From Malacoraja senta (taxonomy: Eukaryota): a stretch of DNA of 64,000 nt. The stretch lies in the NCBI GenBank assembly GCA_038087875.1, contig CM075987.1, positions 18,044,001 through 18,108,000 on the forward strand, written 5' to 3'. The position numbers and the translations under genes were made by a program. Below are positions 22,098 to 37,443 of the stretch, one piece after another (position 1 is the stretch's first letter; each line of letters opens with the position of its first letter). Below the pieces are notes generated by a model that saw only the letters and a list, made by a program, of their open reading frames with translations, was not told the origin of the DNA and searched no databases.

Positions 22098-25000
22098 CAA
22101 AGTGATCTCTGGAATGCTTCCAGTACCTCGTGCTAGTGAGGACAGGAACACTGAGATAGGGGATCTGAATGTGTGGCTGAGGGGCTGGTGCAGGGAGCAA
22201 GGATTTAGATTTATAGACCACTGGGATCTCTTCTGGGGTACGGGTGACCTATACAAAAGGGACGGGTTGCACCTTAACTGGAGGGGGAGTGACATTCTGG
22301 CAGGCAGGTTTGCTAGGGCTACACTTGTGGGTTTAAACTAAATAGTGGGGGTGAGGGATTAACAAACTGGGAGTATAAAGATGGAGTTGAAGGGGAAGTG
22401 ACTACAGGAAAAATTTCAAAAGATTCCCGAATTAATGGGAAGCAAAGCTCGAGAAGGGACAACAGAGTAAGGTCAGGGTCAATTGAGAGCGGTGCGAGGG
22501 GGGAGGTGAATACGGAGGTCAAAGTACTGTTTATGAATGCGCAAAGTATAAGGAATAAAGTGGACGAGCTTGAGGCTCAGTTAGAAACTGGCAAGTATGA
22601 TGAGACATGGCTGCAAGAGGGCCAGGGCTGGGAACTGAATATTCAAAGGTATACCTCCTATCGAAAAGACTGACAGGTGGGCAGAGGGGGTGGGGTTGCT
22701 CGGTTGGTGAGGAATGAAATTCAGTCCCTTGCAAGGGGTGACATTGAAACAAGATGTGGAGTCAGTATGGATAGAACTAAGGAATTGTAAGGGTTAAAAG
22801 ACCCTCATGGGACTTATCTCCAGGCCCCCAAACAGTAGCCAGGACATAAGGTACAAGTTGAATCAGGAGTTAAAATTGGCATGTAGCAAAAGTAATGCTG
22901 TGGTTGTTATGGGAGATTTCAACATGCAGGTAGACTGGGAAAATCAGGTTGGTACTGGACCCCAAGAAAGAGACTTTGTAGAGTGCCTTTGTGATGGATT
23001 CTTAGAACAGCTTGTATTGGTGACTACCAGGGAGGAGGCAATTCTGGATTTAGTGTTATGTAATGAACCGGATTTGATAAAGGACCTCGAGGTTAATGAG
23101 CCATTAGGAGGCAGTGACCATAACATGGTTAGGTTTATTCTACAATTGGAGAGGGGGAAGGGTAGATCGGAGGTGTCAGTGTTACAGTTGAATAAAGGGG
23201 ACTATGGGGCCATGAGGGAGGAGCTGGCCAAAGTTGACTGGAAAGATACACTAGCAGGGATGACAGTGGAACAAAAATGGCAGGTATTTCTCGGTATACT
23301 ACAGAAGGTGCAGGATCAGTTCATTCCTAGGAGGAAGAAAGATTCCAAGGGGAGAAAGAGACGACCATGGCAGACAAGGGACGTCAGTGACAGTATAAAA
23401 ATTAAAGCGAAGAAGTACAACGTAGCAAAGATGAGCGGGAAGCAAGAGGATTGGGTAATGTTTAAAGAACAACAGAAGATAACCAAATAGACAATACGGG
23501 GAGAAAAGATGAGGTACGAAGGTAAGCTAGCCAAGAATATAAAGCAGGATAGTAAAAGCTTCTTTAGGTATGTGAAGGGGATAAAAATAGTTAAGACCAA
23601 AGTTGGACCCTTGAAAAGGGTGAATTAATTATGGGGAACAAGGAAATGGCAGATGAGTTGAACAGGTACTTTGGATCTGTCTTCACAAAGGAGGACACAA
23701 ACAATCTTCTTGATATAGTAGTGGCCAGAGGATCTGGGGTGACAGAGGAACTGAAAGAAATCCACATTAGGCAGGAAATGGTTTTGGATAGACTGATGGG
23801 ACAGAAGGCTGATAAATCCCCAGGGCATGATGGGTACTTAAGGAAGTGGCTCTAGAAATCGTGGACGCATTGGTGATAATGTTCCAATGTTCTATTGACT
23901 CAGGATCAGTTCTTGTGGATTGGAGGATAGCTAATGTTATCCCACTTTGCAAGAAAGGAGCAAGAGAGAAAACGGGGAATTATAGACCAGTTAGCCTGAC
24001 TTCGGTGGTGGGGAAGATGCTGGAGTCAATTATAAAAGATGAAATAGCCGCACATTTGGATAGCAGTAACAGGATCGGTCCGAGTCAGCATGGATTTACG
24101 AAGGGAAAATCATGCTTGACTAATTTTCTGGAATTTTTTGAAGATGTAACTCGGAAAATGGACAAGGGAGTGCCAGTGGATGTAGTGTACCTGGACTTTC
24201 GGAAAGCATATGATAAGGTCTCACATAGGAGATTAGTGGCCAAAATTAGGGCACATGGTATTGGGGGTGGAGTGCTGACATGGATAGAAAATTGGTTGGC
24301 AGACTGGAAACAAAGAGTGGGGATTAACGGGTCCCTTTCAGAATGGCAGGCAGTGAATAGTGGGGTATCGGCAGGCTCGGTGCTGGGACCGCAGCTATTT
24401 ACAATATACTTCAATGATTTTAATGAAGGGATTCAAAGTAACATTAGCAAATTTGCAGATGACACAAAGCTGGGTGGCTGTGTGAACTGTGAGGAGGATG
24501 CTATGAGAATGCAGGGTGACTTGGACACGTTAGGGAGTGGGCAGATGCATGGCAGATGAAGTTTAATGTGGATAAATGTGAGGTTATCCACTTTGGTAGC
24601 AAAAACAGGAAGGCAGATTATCTAAATGGCGTGAAGTTGGGAAAAGGGGAAGTAGAACAGGATCTTGGGGTCCTTGTTCATCAGTCTATGAAAGTAAGCA
24701 TGCAAGTACAGCAGGCAGTGAAGAAAGCGAATGGCATGTTGGCCTTTATAACAAGAGGTGTCGAGTATATGAGCAAAGAGGTCCTTCTGCAGTTGTACAG
24801 AGCCCTAGTGAGACCACACCTGGAGTATTGTGTGCAGTTTTGTTCTCCTAATTTGAGGAAGGACTTTCTTGCTATTGAGGGAGTGCAGCGTAGGTTTACA
24901 AGGTTAATTCCCGGGATGGCGGGACAGGCTGAGAGAATGAAGCAGCTGGGCTTGTACACTGGAGTTTAGAAGGATGAGAGGTTATCTTATTGAAACATAT

Positions 25001-25369
25001 AAGATTGTTAAGGGTTTGGACACGCTGGAGGCAGGAAACATGTTCCCGATGTTGGGGGAGTCCAGAGCCAGGGGCCACAGTTTAAGAATAAGGGGTATGC
25101 CATTTAAAACGGAGACGAGGAAACATTTTCTCACAGAGAGTTGTGAGTGTGTGGAATTCTCTGCCTCAGAGGGCGGTGGAGGCAGGTTCTCTGGATGCTT
25201 TCAAGAGAGAGCTGGATAGGGCTCTTAAAGATAGCGGGAGTCGGGATATGTGGAAAAGGCAGGAACGGGGTACTGATTGGAGATGATCAGCCATGATCAC
25301 ATTGAATGGCGGAGCTGGCTCGAAGGGCCGAATGGCCTACTCCTGCACCTATTGTCTTTTGTCTATTGT
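22098..25369 (+). mobile_element. CR1 lineage C, decayed (ORF1 C-terminus to 3' tail)
   Basis: DGLHLNWRG..LVGLN* ending at 22341; APE and RT peptides across ORFs 22398..25219; TATTGTC-type tail at ~25350-25369. Confidence 0.9.
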
Positions 25370-25860
25370 CACACACTCAACCTGTCCAGGTCACCCTGCA
25401 ACGTCCTAACATCCTCTTCACTGTTCACACTGCCACCCAGCTTTGTGTCTGCCTTCAAGGGACTCACATTTGACTTTGCTACTCTTTTTCCCTTAACATA
25501 TCTAGCTTTTACTATCCTTTTAATATTCCTGGCCAGCTTCCCCTTGTACTTCATCATTTCAGCCCGCATTGCCCGTTTTCTTTCCTTCTGTTGTCCTATG
25601 AAAGTTTCCCAATCCTCTGTCTGCTGTGTTATACATCTTTTCTTTTAGTTTTATTCGATCCCTAACTTCTCTTGTTAGCCACGGTTGCCTCCTACTCCCC
25701 TTAGAATCTTTCTTCCTTTTTGGAATGAAATGATCCTGCTTCTTCTGGATTATGCCCACAAATTCCTGCCATTGCTGTTCCACCGTCATTCCTGCTAGGA
25801 TCCGTTTCCAGTCTACCTTGGCCAGCTCCCCTCTCATGCCTTCATAGTTCCCTTTGTTCA
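25370..25860 (-). mobile_element. Rearranged CR1 fragments
   Basis: ADTKLGGSVNSEED and LNKGNYEGMRGELAKVDW peptides. Confidence 0.75.
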
Positions 25861-26847
25861 GAGACAGAGAGAGAGAGAGACAAAGACACAAATAGAGAGA
25901 GACAGAGAGAGTGAGAGAGAGTAACAGAGATAGAAAGATAGAAAGAAACAGAGAGAGACAGAGAGAGAGGGAGAATGGAGAGAGTGAGATGGAGAGAGAG
26001 AGACAGAGGGAGAGTGAGAGACAAAGAAAGAGAGAGAGTGAGAGACAGAGTGAGAGATAGAGAGAGAGACAGACAGAGAGAGTGAGAGACAGATATATAT
26101 AGAGAGAGACGGACAGAGAGACAGAGAGGGTGACAGACGGCGAGAGAGAGACGGAGGAGATGGGGAGAGACAGAGAGAGTGCGAGACGGAGACAGAGAGA
26201 CACAGAGACAGAGAGAGAGAGAGAGAGAAAGAGAGACACTGAGATAGAGACAGGGAAAGAGAAAGAGAGACAGCGAGACACAGAGAGAGAGACCGAGAGA
26301 GAGTAAGAGAGGGAGAGACAGAGAAAGAGAGACACAGAGAGAGAGACAGAATGAGGCAGAAAGAGACAGAAAGAGAGAGATATAGAGATAGAGAGGGAGA
26401 GACAAAGAGAGAGAGACGGAGAGGGAGACAGAGAGAGAGACACAGACAGAGGGACGGAGAGAGAGAGAGAGAGTGATAGACAGATAGAAACAGAGAGAGA
26501 GAGAGAGATACAGAGAGAGAGATGGAAAGACAGAGACAGAGGGGGAGAGACAGGCACAGAGCGAGAGAGAGACAGACAGACAGGTAGAGAGAGGTATAGA
26601 CAGAGAGACAGACAGAGAGAGAGATAGAGAGGAAGAGAGAAATGAGAGAGACAGTGAGAGAGAGACAGAGAAAGAGAGACAGAAAGAGAGTGACAGACAG
26701 ATAGATAGAGAGAGACAGAGAGGTGGACAGAGAGACAGAAAGAGGGAGACAGATGGAGAGGGAGGGAGAGACAGAGAGAGAGAGAGTGACAGAGCGACAG
26801 AGAGAGACAGTGGAGAGAGAGAGTCAGAGAGAGGGAGAGTGAGAGAC

Positions 26848-26888
<41 letters not shown>

Positions 26889-27474
26889 ATAGGTGCAGGA
26901 GTAGGCCATTCGGCCCTTCGAGCCAGCACCGAGACAGATAGAGAGAAAGAGAAAGAAAGTGAGAGAGACAGAGATATATATAGAGAGAGACGGACAGTGA
27001 CAGAGAGGGAGACAGAGAGTGAGAGACGGAGACAGAGAGAGAGAGAGAGAGACAGACACAGAGAGACACACAAACAGAGAGAGAGACAGTTAGAGAGAGA
27101 GAGACAAATGAGAGACGGAGATAGACAGAGAGAGGGGGAGGGAGAGACAAAAAGAGAAAGACACAGAGGGAGAGGGAGAGACAGACACAGAGAGATACAG
27201 AGGCAGACAGAGAGCGTGAGAGAGAAAGATTGAGAGAGAGTCAGAGGGAGAGACAGGGAGAGAGAGACAGAAAGACAGAGAGAGAGATAGACAGACAAAG
27301 AGAGAGACAGAAAGAGAGAGAGATACAGTGAGAGACAGTCAGAAAAATAGAGAGATAGAGACAGAGTGAGATAATAATAAAACATTTTATTTATATAGCG
27401 CTTTTCAGGACTCAAAGTCGCTTTGATAGAGAGAGGGAGAGAGAGGGAGAGAGAGACACACAGATGGAGAGAGA

Positions 27475-27526
<52 letters not shown>

Positions 27527-30500
27527 CACACACACAGAGGCAGAGAGAGGCAGAGAGGGACAGAGAGAGAGGTGAGATGGAGAGAGAGAAAGAGGGAGCG
27601 GGAGAGCGAGAGACGGGGAGAGAGACAGAGAGAGTGAGAGAGAGAGCGAGAGAGAGAGACGAACAGTGAGAGGGGGGCAGAGAGAGACAGAAAAAGAGAA
27701 TAGACAATAGGTGCAGGAGTACCTTCGAACCAGCACCGCCAATTAATGTGATCATGGCTGATCATCCCCAATCAGTACCCCAATCCTGCCTTCTCCCCAT
27801 ATCCCCTGACTCCGCTATTTTTAAAAGCCCTATCTAGCTCTCTTGAAAGCATCCAGAGAACCTGCCTCCACCGCCTTCTGAGGCAGAGAATTCCACAGAC
27901 AGAGACAGAGAGACATAGAGAGAGAGTGAGAGAGAGAGACAGAGACAGACAGACAGAGAGAGAGAGTGAGATAGAGACAGAGATAGAGGGAGACAGATAG
28001 GGAGAGAGACAGGAACAGAGGGAGAGAGAGACACAGAGAGGCGGACAGACACAGAGAGAGATACAGATAGAGAGAGAGACAGAGAGAGAGAGAGGGACAG
28101 AGAGAGACAGTAAGAGACAGGGAGGGAGAGAGACAGAGAGATAGACACACAGAAGGAGAGTGCGAGGGAGACAGACAGCGAGAGAGAGAGAGACAGTGAC
28201 AGTCAGTGATAGAGAGACAGAGAGAGAGAGACAGAGAGAGAGGGACAGTGAGAGAGTCAGAGCGAAAGAGACAGAGACAGCGAGAGTGAGAGACAGACAG
28301 AGAGAGAAAGAGAGACACAGAGGGAGAGAGACAGAAAGAGAGATGGGGAGAGAGAGAGAGAGCGAGAGAGACAGAGAGCGAGTGACAGAGAGAGTGAGAT
28401 AGAGACAGTGAGAGAGAGAGAGAGACAGAGAGAGAATATAACAATGTATTTTTATCCTGCCAATAAAGTTTTTTAATTGAAAATCGAAATTGAATTGAGA
28501 GTCAGAGAGAGACAGGGGGAGAGTAAGACAGAGAGAAAGAGAGAGACAAAGACAGAGACAGAGAGAGAGAGAGAGGGAGACAGAGAGATAGAGAGAGACA
28601 GAGGAGAGAGAGACAGGGAGAGAGAGTGTGAGAGGGACACAGACAGCGAGAGAGAGACAGAGAGAGAGAGAGATAGAGAGGAGACACAGTGAGAGAGAGA
28701 CAGACAGATAGATAGAGAGACAGAAATAGAGAGACAGAGAGATACAGAGGGAGAGACCGAGATGGAGAGAGACATAGAGTGAGGGAGAGAGAGACAGAGA
28801 GAGAGTGACAGACAGAGAGAGAGAGAGAGACACAGAGAGAGGCAGAGAGAGTGAGACGGACACAGACAGCGAGAGACAGAGGGACAGAGAGATAGAGACA
28901 GACAGAGAGAGTGAAAGAGAAAGAGAGAGAGAGACACACAGAGATAGATAGAGAGACACAGAGAGAGAGGCAGAGAGATGGAGAGACAGAAAGAGAGGCA
29001 GAGGGGGCCAGAGGGAGAGACACAGTGAGAGAGAGAGAGAGAGACGGAGCGAGAGGGCGACAGAGAGAGAGAGAGACAGAGAGAGTGACAGAGACAGAGA
29101 GAGAGAGAGGGGGAGACAGAGGGGGAGAGAGAGACGGACAGAGACGGAGAGGGAGAGGGAGAGAGAGAGAGTGACAGACAGAGAGACAGAGAGAGATGGA
29201 TAGAGACGGAGGGTGACAGAGAGGGGCAGAGAGAGACAGACAGCGAGAGAGTGAGTCAGAGAGAGAGACAGACGCAGAGAGAGATACAGGGAGAGACAGT
29301 GAGAGAGAGACAGAGCGGGTGACACAGAGAGAGTGAGAGAGAGGGAGAGAGAGATACAGAGAGACAGATATAGATACAGTGAGAGAGAGAGACAGAGTGA
29401 CACAGAGAGAGAGAGACAGCGAGAGACAGAGTGAGAGAGAGACTGAGCTGCAAGAACGTGTAGCAATCAATAAAGGGCTATAGGCCTCTTGCGAGTTTAT
29501 GTACAGGGACATATCTATCCATGCACTGTATACTTGTATTTATACTTATGCATTTTAAATATGTATGTCATGTTTTATACTTTGGCAATATAACAATGTA
29601 TTTTTTATCATGCCAATAAAGTTTTTTAATTGAATTGAATTGAATTGAGAGAGAGACAGAGAGAGACAGACGGAGAGACAGAGACAAGAGAGGGAGAGAG
29701 ATATAGAGAGAGGGGAGAGAAACAGAGACAGACAGTGAGACAGAGACAGAAAAAGAGACAGACATAGAGGCAGAGAGAGAGAGAGAGAGAGAGGGAGAGA
29801 CAGAAAGACAAAGAGAGAGACATAGAGAGAGAGAGAGAGAGCCAGTGAGAGGAAGTGAGAGACAGATAGATAGAGAGATAGGGAGAGAGACAGAAACAGA
29901 GGGGGAGAGACCGAGAGAGAGACAGAGGGAAACATAGATAGAAACATAGAAAATAGGTGCTGGAGGAGGCCATTCGGCCCTTCGAGCCAGCACCGCCATT
30001 CATTGTGATCATGGCCGATCGTCCCCAATCAATAACCCGTGCCTGCCCATATCTCTTGATTCCACTAGCCCCTAGAGCTCTATCTAACTCTCTTAAATCC
30101 ATCCAGTGATTTGGCCTCCACTGCCCTCTGTGGCAGGGAGGCCACAGGGAGAGAGAGACCGAGAGAGAGAGAGACTGGGAGAGAAAGAAACGGAGAGAAA
30201 GAGAGAGTGAGGGAAAGAGACAGGGAGAGAGTGAGCGGCAGAGAGAGTGAGACAGACTGAGAGAGAGAGAGAGGGGGGGGAGAGAAACAGAGAGAGATAC
30301 AGAGAGAGACAGATAGAAATACAGAGAGAGAGAGTGATACTGAGAGAGAGAGACGGAGAGAGAGAGTGATACTGAGAGAGAGAGACAGAGAGAGAGAGAC
30401 AGAGAGAGACAAAATGAGAGAAACAGAGAGGGAGGCAGAGACAGATTGAGACAGACAGTGAGAGGGAGAGAGAGACAGAGAGACGAGAGACAAAGAGAGA

Positions 30501-30541
30501 GAGACGGAGAGAGAGAGAGACAGTGAGAGAGGGACAGAGAG

Positions 30542-30578
<37 letters not shown>

Positions 30579-30949
30579 AAGAGATCCAGAGAGAGAGAGA
30601 CACACACAGAAACAGAGAGAGAGGGGGGACAGAGATAGAGAGAAACAGAGAGTGAAAGAGTGATAGAGACAGGGAGAGACAGTGAGAGGAAGTGAGAGAT
30701 AGAGATAGATAGAGACAGATAGACGCAGAGAGAGACACAGAGAGAGGCAGAGGAGGACAGATAGAGAGACAGAGAGAGAAACAGAGGGGGAGACAGACCG
30801 AGAGAGACAGAGGGAAACATAGAAAATAGGTGCTGGAGAAGGCCATTCGCCCCTTCGAGCCAACACTGCCATTCTTTGTGATCATGGCTCATCGTCCCCT
30901 ATCAATAACCCGTGTCTGCCTTCTCCCCATATCTCTTGATTCCACTAGC

Positions 30950-30988
<39 letters not shown>

Positions 30989-31978
30989 GGAGGGAGAGAA
31001 AGAGACAGAGAGAAAGAGACAGAGAGAGAGGCAGAGAGAGAGAGACAGAGAGAGAGGGAGACAGCGAGTGAGAGAGAAAGAGACAGACACAGGGAGAGAG
31101 ACAGAGCCCAGAGAGAGAGAGAGTGAGAAACAGACAGACAGAGAGAGACAGTGAGAGATACAGAGCGAGACAGTGAGAGAGAGCGAGTGACACACAGAGA
31201 GAGAGAGAGACATGGAGATAGAGAGGAGTGACACAGAGAGAGAACAGAGCCAGAGTGAGCGAGAGAGAGTGAGAGACAAAACGAGAGAGAGGGAGACAGA
31301 CTGAGTGAGAGACAGAGAGGGAGAGAGAGCGAGAGAGAGAGACAGCAAGAGAGTCACGGAGAGAGGGACAGAGAGAGAGAGATAGAGAGAAACAGAGAGA
31401 GACAGTGGGAGATAGTGATAGAGACAGTGAGAGACACAGAGAGAGACAGAGAGGCAGAGAGAGAAACAGACAGGGGAGAGACCGAGAGACAGAGGGAAAC
31501 ATAGATAGAAACATAGAAATAGGAGCTGGAGGAGGCCATTCAGCCCTTTGAGCCAGCACCGCCATTCATTGTGATCATGGCTGATTGTCCCCAATCAATA
31601 ACCGGTACCTGCCTTCTCCCCATATCCCCTGATTCCACTAGCCCTAGAGCTCTATCTCTCTTAAAATCCATCAGTGATTTGACCTCCACTGCCATCTGTG
31701 GCAGGGAGGCCACAGGGAGAGAGAGAAACAGAGAGACAGAGAGAGAAAGTCAGAATGAGAGAGTGAGGGAGAGAGAGACAGAGAGAGACAGGGAGAGAAG
31801 AGAGACTGAGGAAAAGAGACAGAGTGAAAGCGAGAGAGAGGGACAGAGAGAGACAGAGAGAGAGGGGGAAGGGAGAGAGAGACAGAGAGAGAAACAGGCA
31901 GAGAGGCAGAAAGAGACACACAGAGTGAGAGAGAGAGAGACAGGGAGAGAGAGAGAGAGAGAGGCAGATAGAGAGAAA
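25861..31978. repeat. Long AG-rich array with embedded short LINE 3' tails (CR1 at ~26886, 27700, 29930, 30815, 31500; RTE-X-like at ~28435 and 29447-29648; L2-type tail at ~27370)
   Basis: CR1 tail motif AATAGGTGC..GGCCATTCGGCCCTTCGAGCC recurs; GCCAATAAAG..(TTGAA)n tails present. Confidence 0.85.
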
Positions 31979-32102
31979 GTGCTGGAGTAATTCGGGTCTG
32001 GCAGCATCTGTGGAGAAGATAGACACAAGTGCTGGAGTAATTCAGCGGGTCAGGCAGCATCTGTGGAGAGAATGAATGAGTGATGTTTTGGGTCGAGACC
32101 CT
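31975..32102 (-). mobile_element. Probable Penelope-like element terminal-repeat remnant
   Basis: Inverse of 41262-41395 (GGGTCTCGACCC.AAAC..AGATGCTGCC..CTCCAGCAC). Family assignment is from recollection of elasmobranch repeats. Confidence 0.55.
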
Positions 32103-32117
32103 TTGGATTAATGTAGG

Positions 32118-32414
32118 TTAGAGATGCAGCGCGGAACAGGTCTTTCAGCCCGCGGAGTTCGCGCCGACCAACGATCACCCCGTACACTAGCACTATCCTA
32201 CGCACATTAGGGACAATTTAACAATTTTGCGGAGGCCGATTTATCTACAACGCTGAATGTCTGAAATGTTGGAGGAAACCGGAGCACCTGGAGTAAAAAC
32301 CCACGCAGGTCAAGGGGAGAACGTACAAACTCCGCACAGACAGCACCTATAGTCAGGATCGAGCCAGGGTCTCTGGCGGTGAGGCAGCAACTGTACCGCT
32401 GCGCCACTGTGCCG
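32118..32414 (-). mobile_element. tRNA-derived V-SINE (HE1-like)
   Basis: Head GGCACAGTGGCGCAGCGGT (A box), B-box-like CGATCC, V core GAGTTTGTACGTTCTCCCC..GTGCTCCGGTTTCCTCC and a CR1-like 3' tail. Confidence 0.85.
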
Positions 32415-32459
32415 CGCAAAATTATATAATAGTTTCCTCCGCCATAAAAGCACCAAATA

Positions 32460-33750
32460 ACCATATAATAACAATTACAGCTCGGAAACAGGCCATCTCT
32501 GCCCTTCTAGTCCGTGCCGATCACTTACTCTCACCTAGTCCCATCTACCTGCACTCAGACCATAACCCTCCATTCCTTTCCCGTCCATATACCTATCCAA
32601 TTTATTTTTAAATGATAAAATTGAACCTACTTCCACTGGAAGCTCATTCCACACAGCTACCACTCTCTGAGTAAAGAGCTCCCCCTCATGTTACCCCTAA
32701 ACTGTTGTCCCTTAATTCTCAAATCATGTCCTCTTGTTTAAATCTTCCCCACTCTCAATGGAAAAAGCTTATCCACGTCAACTCTGTCTATCCCTCTCAT
32801 AATTTTAAAGACCTCTATCAAGTCCCCCCCTTAACCCTTCTGAGCTCCAAAGAAATAAAGACCTATCTTGTTCAACCTCTCTCTGTAACTTAGGTGCTGA
32901 AACCCAGGCAACATTCTAGTAAATCTCTGTACTCTCTATTTTGTTGACATCTTTCTATAATTTGGCAACCAAAATTGTACACCATACTCCAGAATTGGCC
33001 TCACCAATGCCTTGTACAATTTTAACATTACATCCCAACTTCTATACTCAATGCTATGATTTATAAAGGCCAGCACACCAAAAGCTTTCTTTACCACCCT
33101 ATCTACATGAGATTCCACCTTCAGGGAACTATGCACAGTTATTCCTAGATCCCTTCTCTTCAACTGCATTCCTCAATTCGCTACCATTTACCATGTACGT
33201 CCTATTTTGATTTGTCCTGCCAAGAGGTAGCACTTCACACCTCAGCATTAAACTCCATCTGCCATCTTTCAGCCCACTCCTCTAATGGCCTAAATCTCTG
33301 TAGACTTTGAAAATCTACTTCATTATCCACAACACCACCTATCTTAGTATCATCTGCAAACTTACTAATCCAATTTACCACACCATCATCCAGATCATTG
33401 ATGTATATGACAAACAACAGTGGACCCAACACAGATCCCTGAGGCACCCCACTAGTCACCGGCCTCCAACCTGACAAACAGTTATCCACCATTACTCTTT
33501 GGTATCTCCCATTCAGCCACTGTTGAATCCATCTTGCTACTCCACTATTAATACCCAACAATTGAATCTTCTTAACCAACCTTCCATGTGGAACCTTGTC
33601 AAAGGCCTTACTGAAGTCCTTATAGACATCCACCGCTTTGCCCTCATCAATTTCCCTAGTAACCTCTTCAAAAAATTCAAGATTAGTCAAGCATGACTTT
33701 CCAGGCACAAATCCATGTGACTGTCCTAATCAGACCCTGTTTATCCCGAT
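32460..33750 (-). mobile_element. CR1-B 5'-truncated copy inserted ~55 bp upstream of the ZNF splice acceptor
   Basis: RT peptides in ORFs 32936..33708; absent at the paralogous site ~40910. Confidence 0.9.
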
Positions 33751-33937
33751 GTGCTAGTAATGTCCTGTTTGCCAGCTTGTTAACCCTCTGTGTTTCCCTC
33801 CTACAGGGTTTAGGAGCCGTTGCTGTGGACGGGGACGTGAGCGGCCATTGAGGGCGGCCAGGGTGATGGTGAGGCCCCCACCCCCCCTCACCCCATCTTC
33901 TCAGTGTGCGGGCTGAGCTTCGAGGGGCTGAGCTTCG

Positions 33938-35710
<1,773 letters not shown>

Positions 35711-35879
35711 TAGGCGCTGTTTAGGTAAACACAAAATGCTGGAAGGAATGGGTAACGCTTCAGGGTCGTTTCTTCAGTCACCCATTCCTTCTCTCCAGAG
35801 ATGCTGCCTGTCCTGTGAGTTTACTCGAGCACTTTGTGTCCTTTTTTGTAAACCAGCATCTGCAGATCCTTGTTTTTAA

Positions 35880-35997
35880 ACCATTCTGGGTAACATCTCT
35901 GCACCTTCCCCAGAGCACATCAGTCCTGTAATGGGGTGACCAGAACTGCATGCAATACTCCAAATGTGACCTGACCAATGTCTCTTAAAGCTGCACA
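35880..35997 (-). mobile_element. Old CR1 fragment
   Basis: VRSHLEYCMQFWSPHYR. Confidence 0.75.
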
Positions 35998-35999
35998 TA

Positions 36000-36615
36000 T
36001 ACATTCCTCTCTCCCCTCTCCCTCCACTTTCCCCCCCACTTGTACACAAATTCTCTCCACTCCACCCTCTCGTGCCGCCCTCCTCTCACACACTCCCTCT
36101 CTCGCTCCGTCTCTCTCACACACTCCCTCTCTCGCTCCCTGTCTCTCTCACACACTCCCTCTCGCTCCCTGTCTCTCTCACACACTCCCTCTCTCGCTCC
36201 GTCTCTCACACACAACCTCGACACCCCTTCCTTCCGGTGCATCTACCATGCAGAAATAAATACCTTCCCCCCCTCCCCACATATTCTCCGTCCCTCTCCC
36301 CCACCCCTTCTCTCTGTCTCTGTCTCACACATACTCCCTCTATCTGACACACACTACCTCTTTCTCTTGTTCTCTCTCACACCCACACCCTCTCTCTGTC
36401 CCTCTAACACTCATACACATACTCCGTCTCTCTTGTTCTCTCTCACACACATACACCCTCTCTCTCACACACGCTCTCACGCACTTTCTCACACACTCAC
36501 TCATACAAGCATCTTCTCTCACACTCACACACGCTGTCTCACACACACTCACACATTCAAACACACACTCTCACACACGCTCTTTCTCTCAAACATGCTC
36601 TCCCTCTCCTTGTAT
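36000..36615. repeat. CT/CA low-complexity tract with a short ~30-bp periodicity
   Basis: Visible (CACACTCCCTCTCTCGCTCC units). Confidence 0.85.
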
Positions 36616-36619
36616 CTCG

Positions 36620-37320
36620 GCTAGGCGTGCATTTCACCCTACACTTGCACTCAGTCTGCCAAGGCCTGCTGGATCTCCCGGTTGCCAACCATTTTAACTC
36701 CCCTTCCCACTCCCACACTGATGTTTCTATCCTGGGCCTCCTCCATTGCCAGAGTGAGGTTGAAAGAGCTAATAGTCAAATCTAAAATGGAGTCGTTCTT
36801 CTACAAAAGCATGGTCTAGTATAACAAAACAATGGCTCGGTGCCAAGTCGGAATGACTGCAAATTATATGGAACACAATATGGAGGACAGGTCTTTTTAA
36901 TAAAGACATTAAGATGGAACCCTGCGTAATAATATGTGCTTCTTTCAAGGCCATAAAGAAGCCAAGTGAAAAAAGTAGCTGACGCTCCATATATAAGTAA
37001 TAACTTGTTATTGAATGAGCTTGATTTGGACCCAGCTTTTCCTAAATTCTGAAAGGCTACAGAATATTTCAGTCTGCCATATTCAGACTTGGTAGGAGTG
37101 TTTTACTGATAAGAAAAATGTATAATTGTGCTAACTTTCCTTTGTTCTGAGAGTGGAGCCCGAGAAGCACTGAGCAACGTTTGTGCTCATTGTAGATCTT
37201 GCCACTCCTGCCTGACGAATCAATTAAAGATTGTCATGGTTTAACTTTAACAATTTTGTTGCTATCTACTTTTTAAGAGACAAACTTTGACAAGGTGACA
37301 TGCAAGCTGGAGGAACAGCA
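36620..37320 (+). mobile_element. Penelope-like element GIY-YIG C-terminal remnant, split by a solo LTR
   Basis: Hand translation gives HLHSVCQGLLDLPVANHFNSPSHSHTDVSILGLLHCQSE up to 36760, resuming TCKLEEQ after 37296. Confidence 0.75.
36761..37292 (+). mobile_element. Solo LTR (532 bp), ERV class I-like
   Basis: Starts TGAAAG and ends CTTTGACA; 4-bp TSD AGGT at 36757-36760 and 37293-37296; TATA-like TATAAT ~37121; ATTAAA ~37223. Confidence 0.85.
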
Positions 37321-37443
37321 GTGTTCTGACCCAACACGTCGCCCGTCCATTCCACTCCAAAGTGCCGGTAGAACTCAGCAGGTCAACCATCCGTGGTGGA
37401 AAACGGATGGAGAAATGTTCCGAATATAAGCCCTCCTTGCCCC

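Noticed and set aside
19709..31990. Long Ser/Leu- or Glu/Arg-rich ORFs (up to 727 aa)
   Set aside because: They are translations of AG/CT simple repeats, which lack stop codons by composition.
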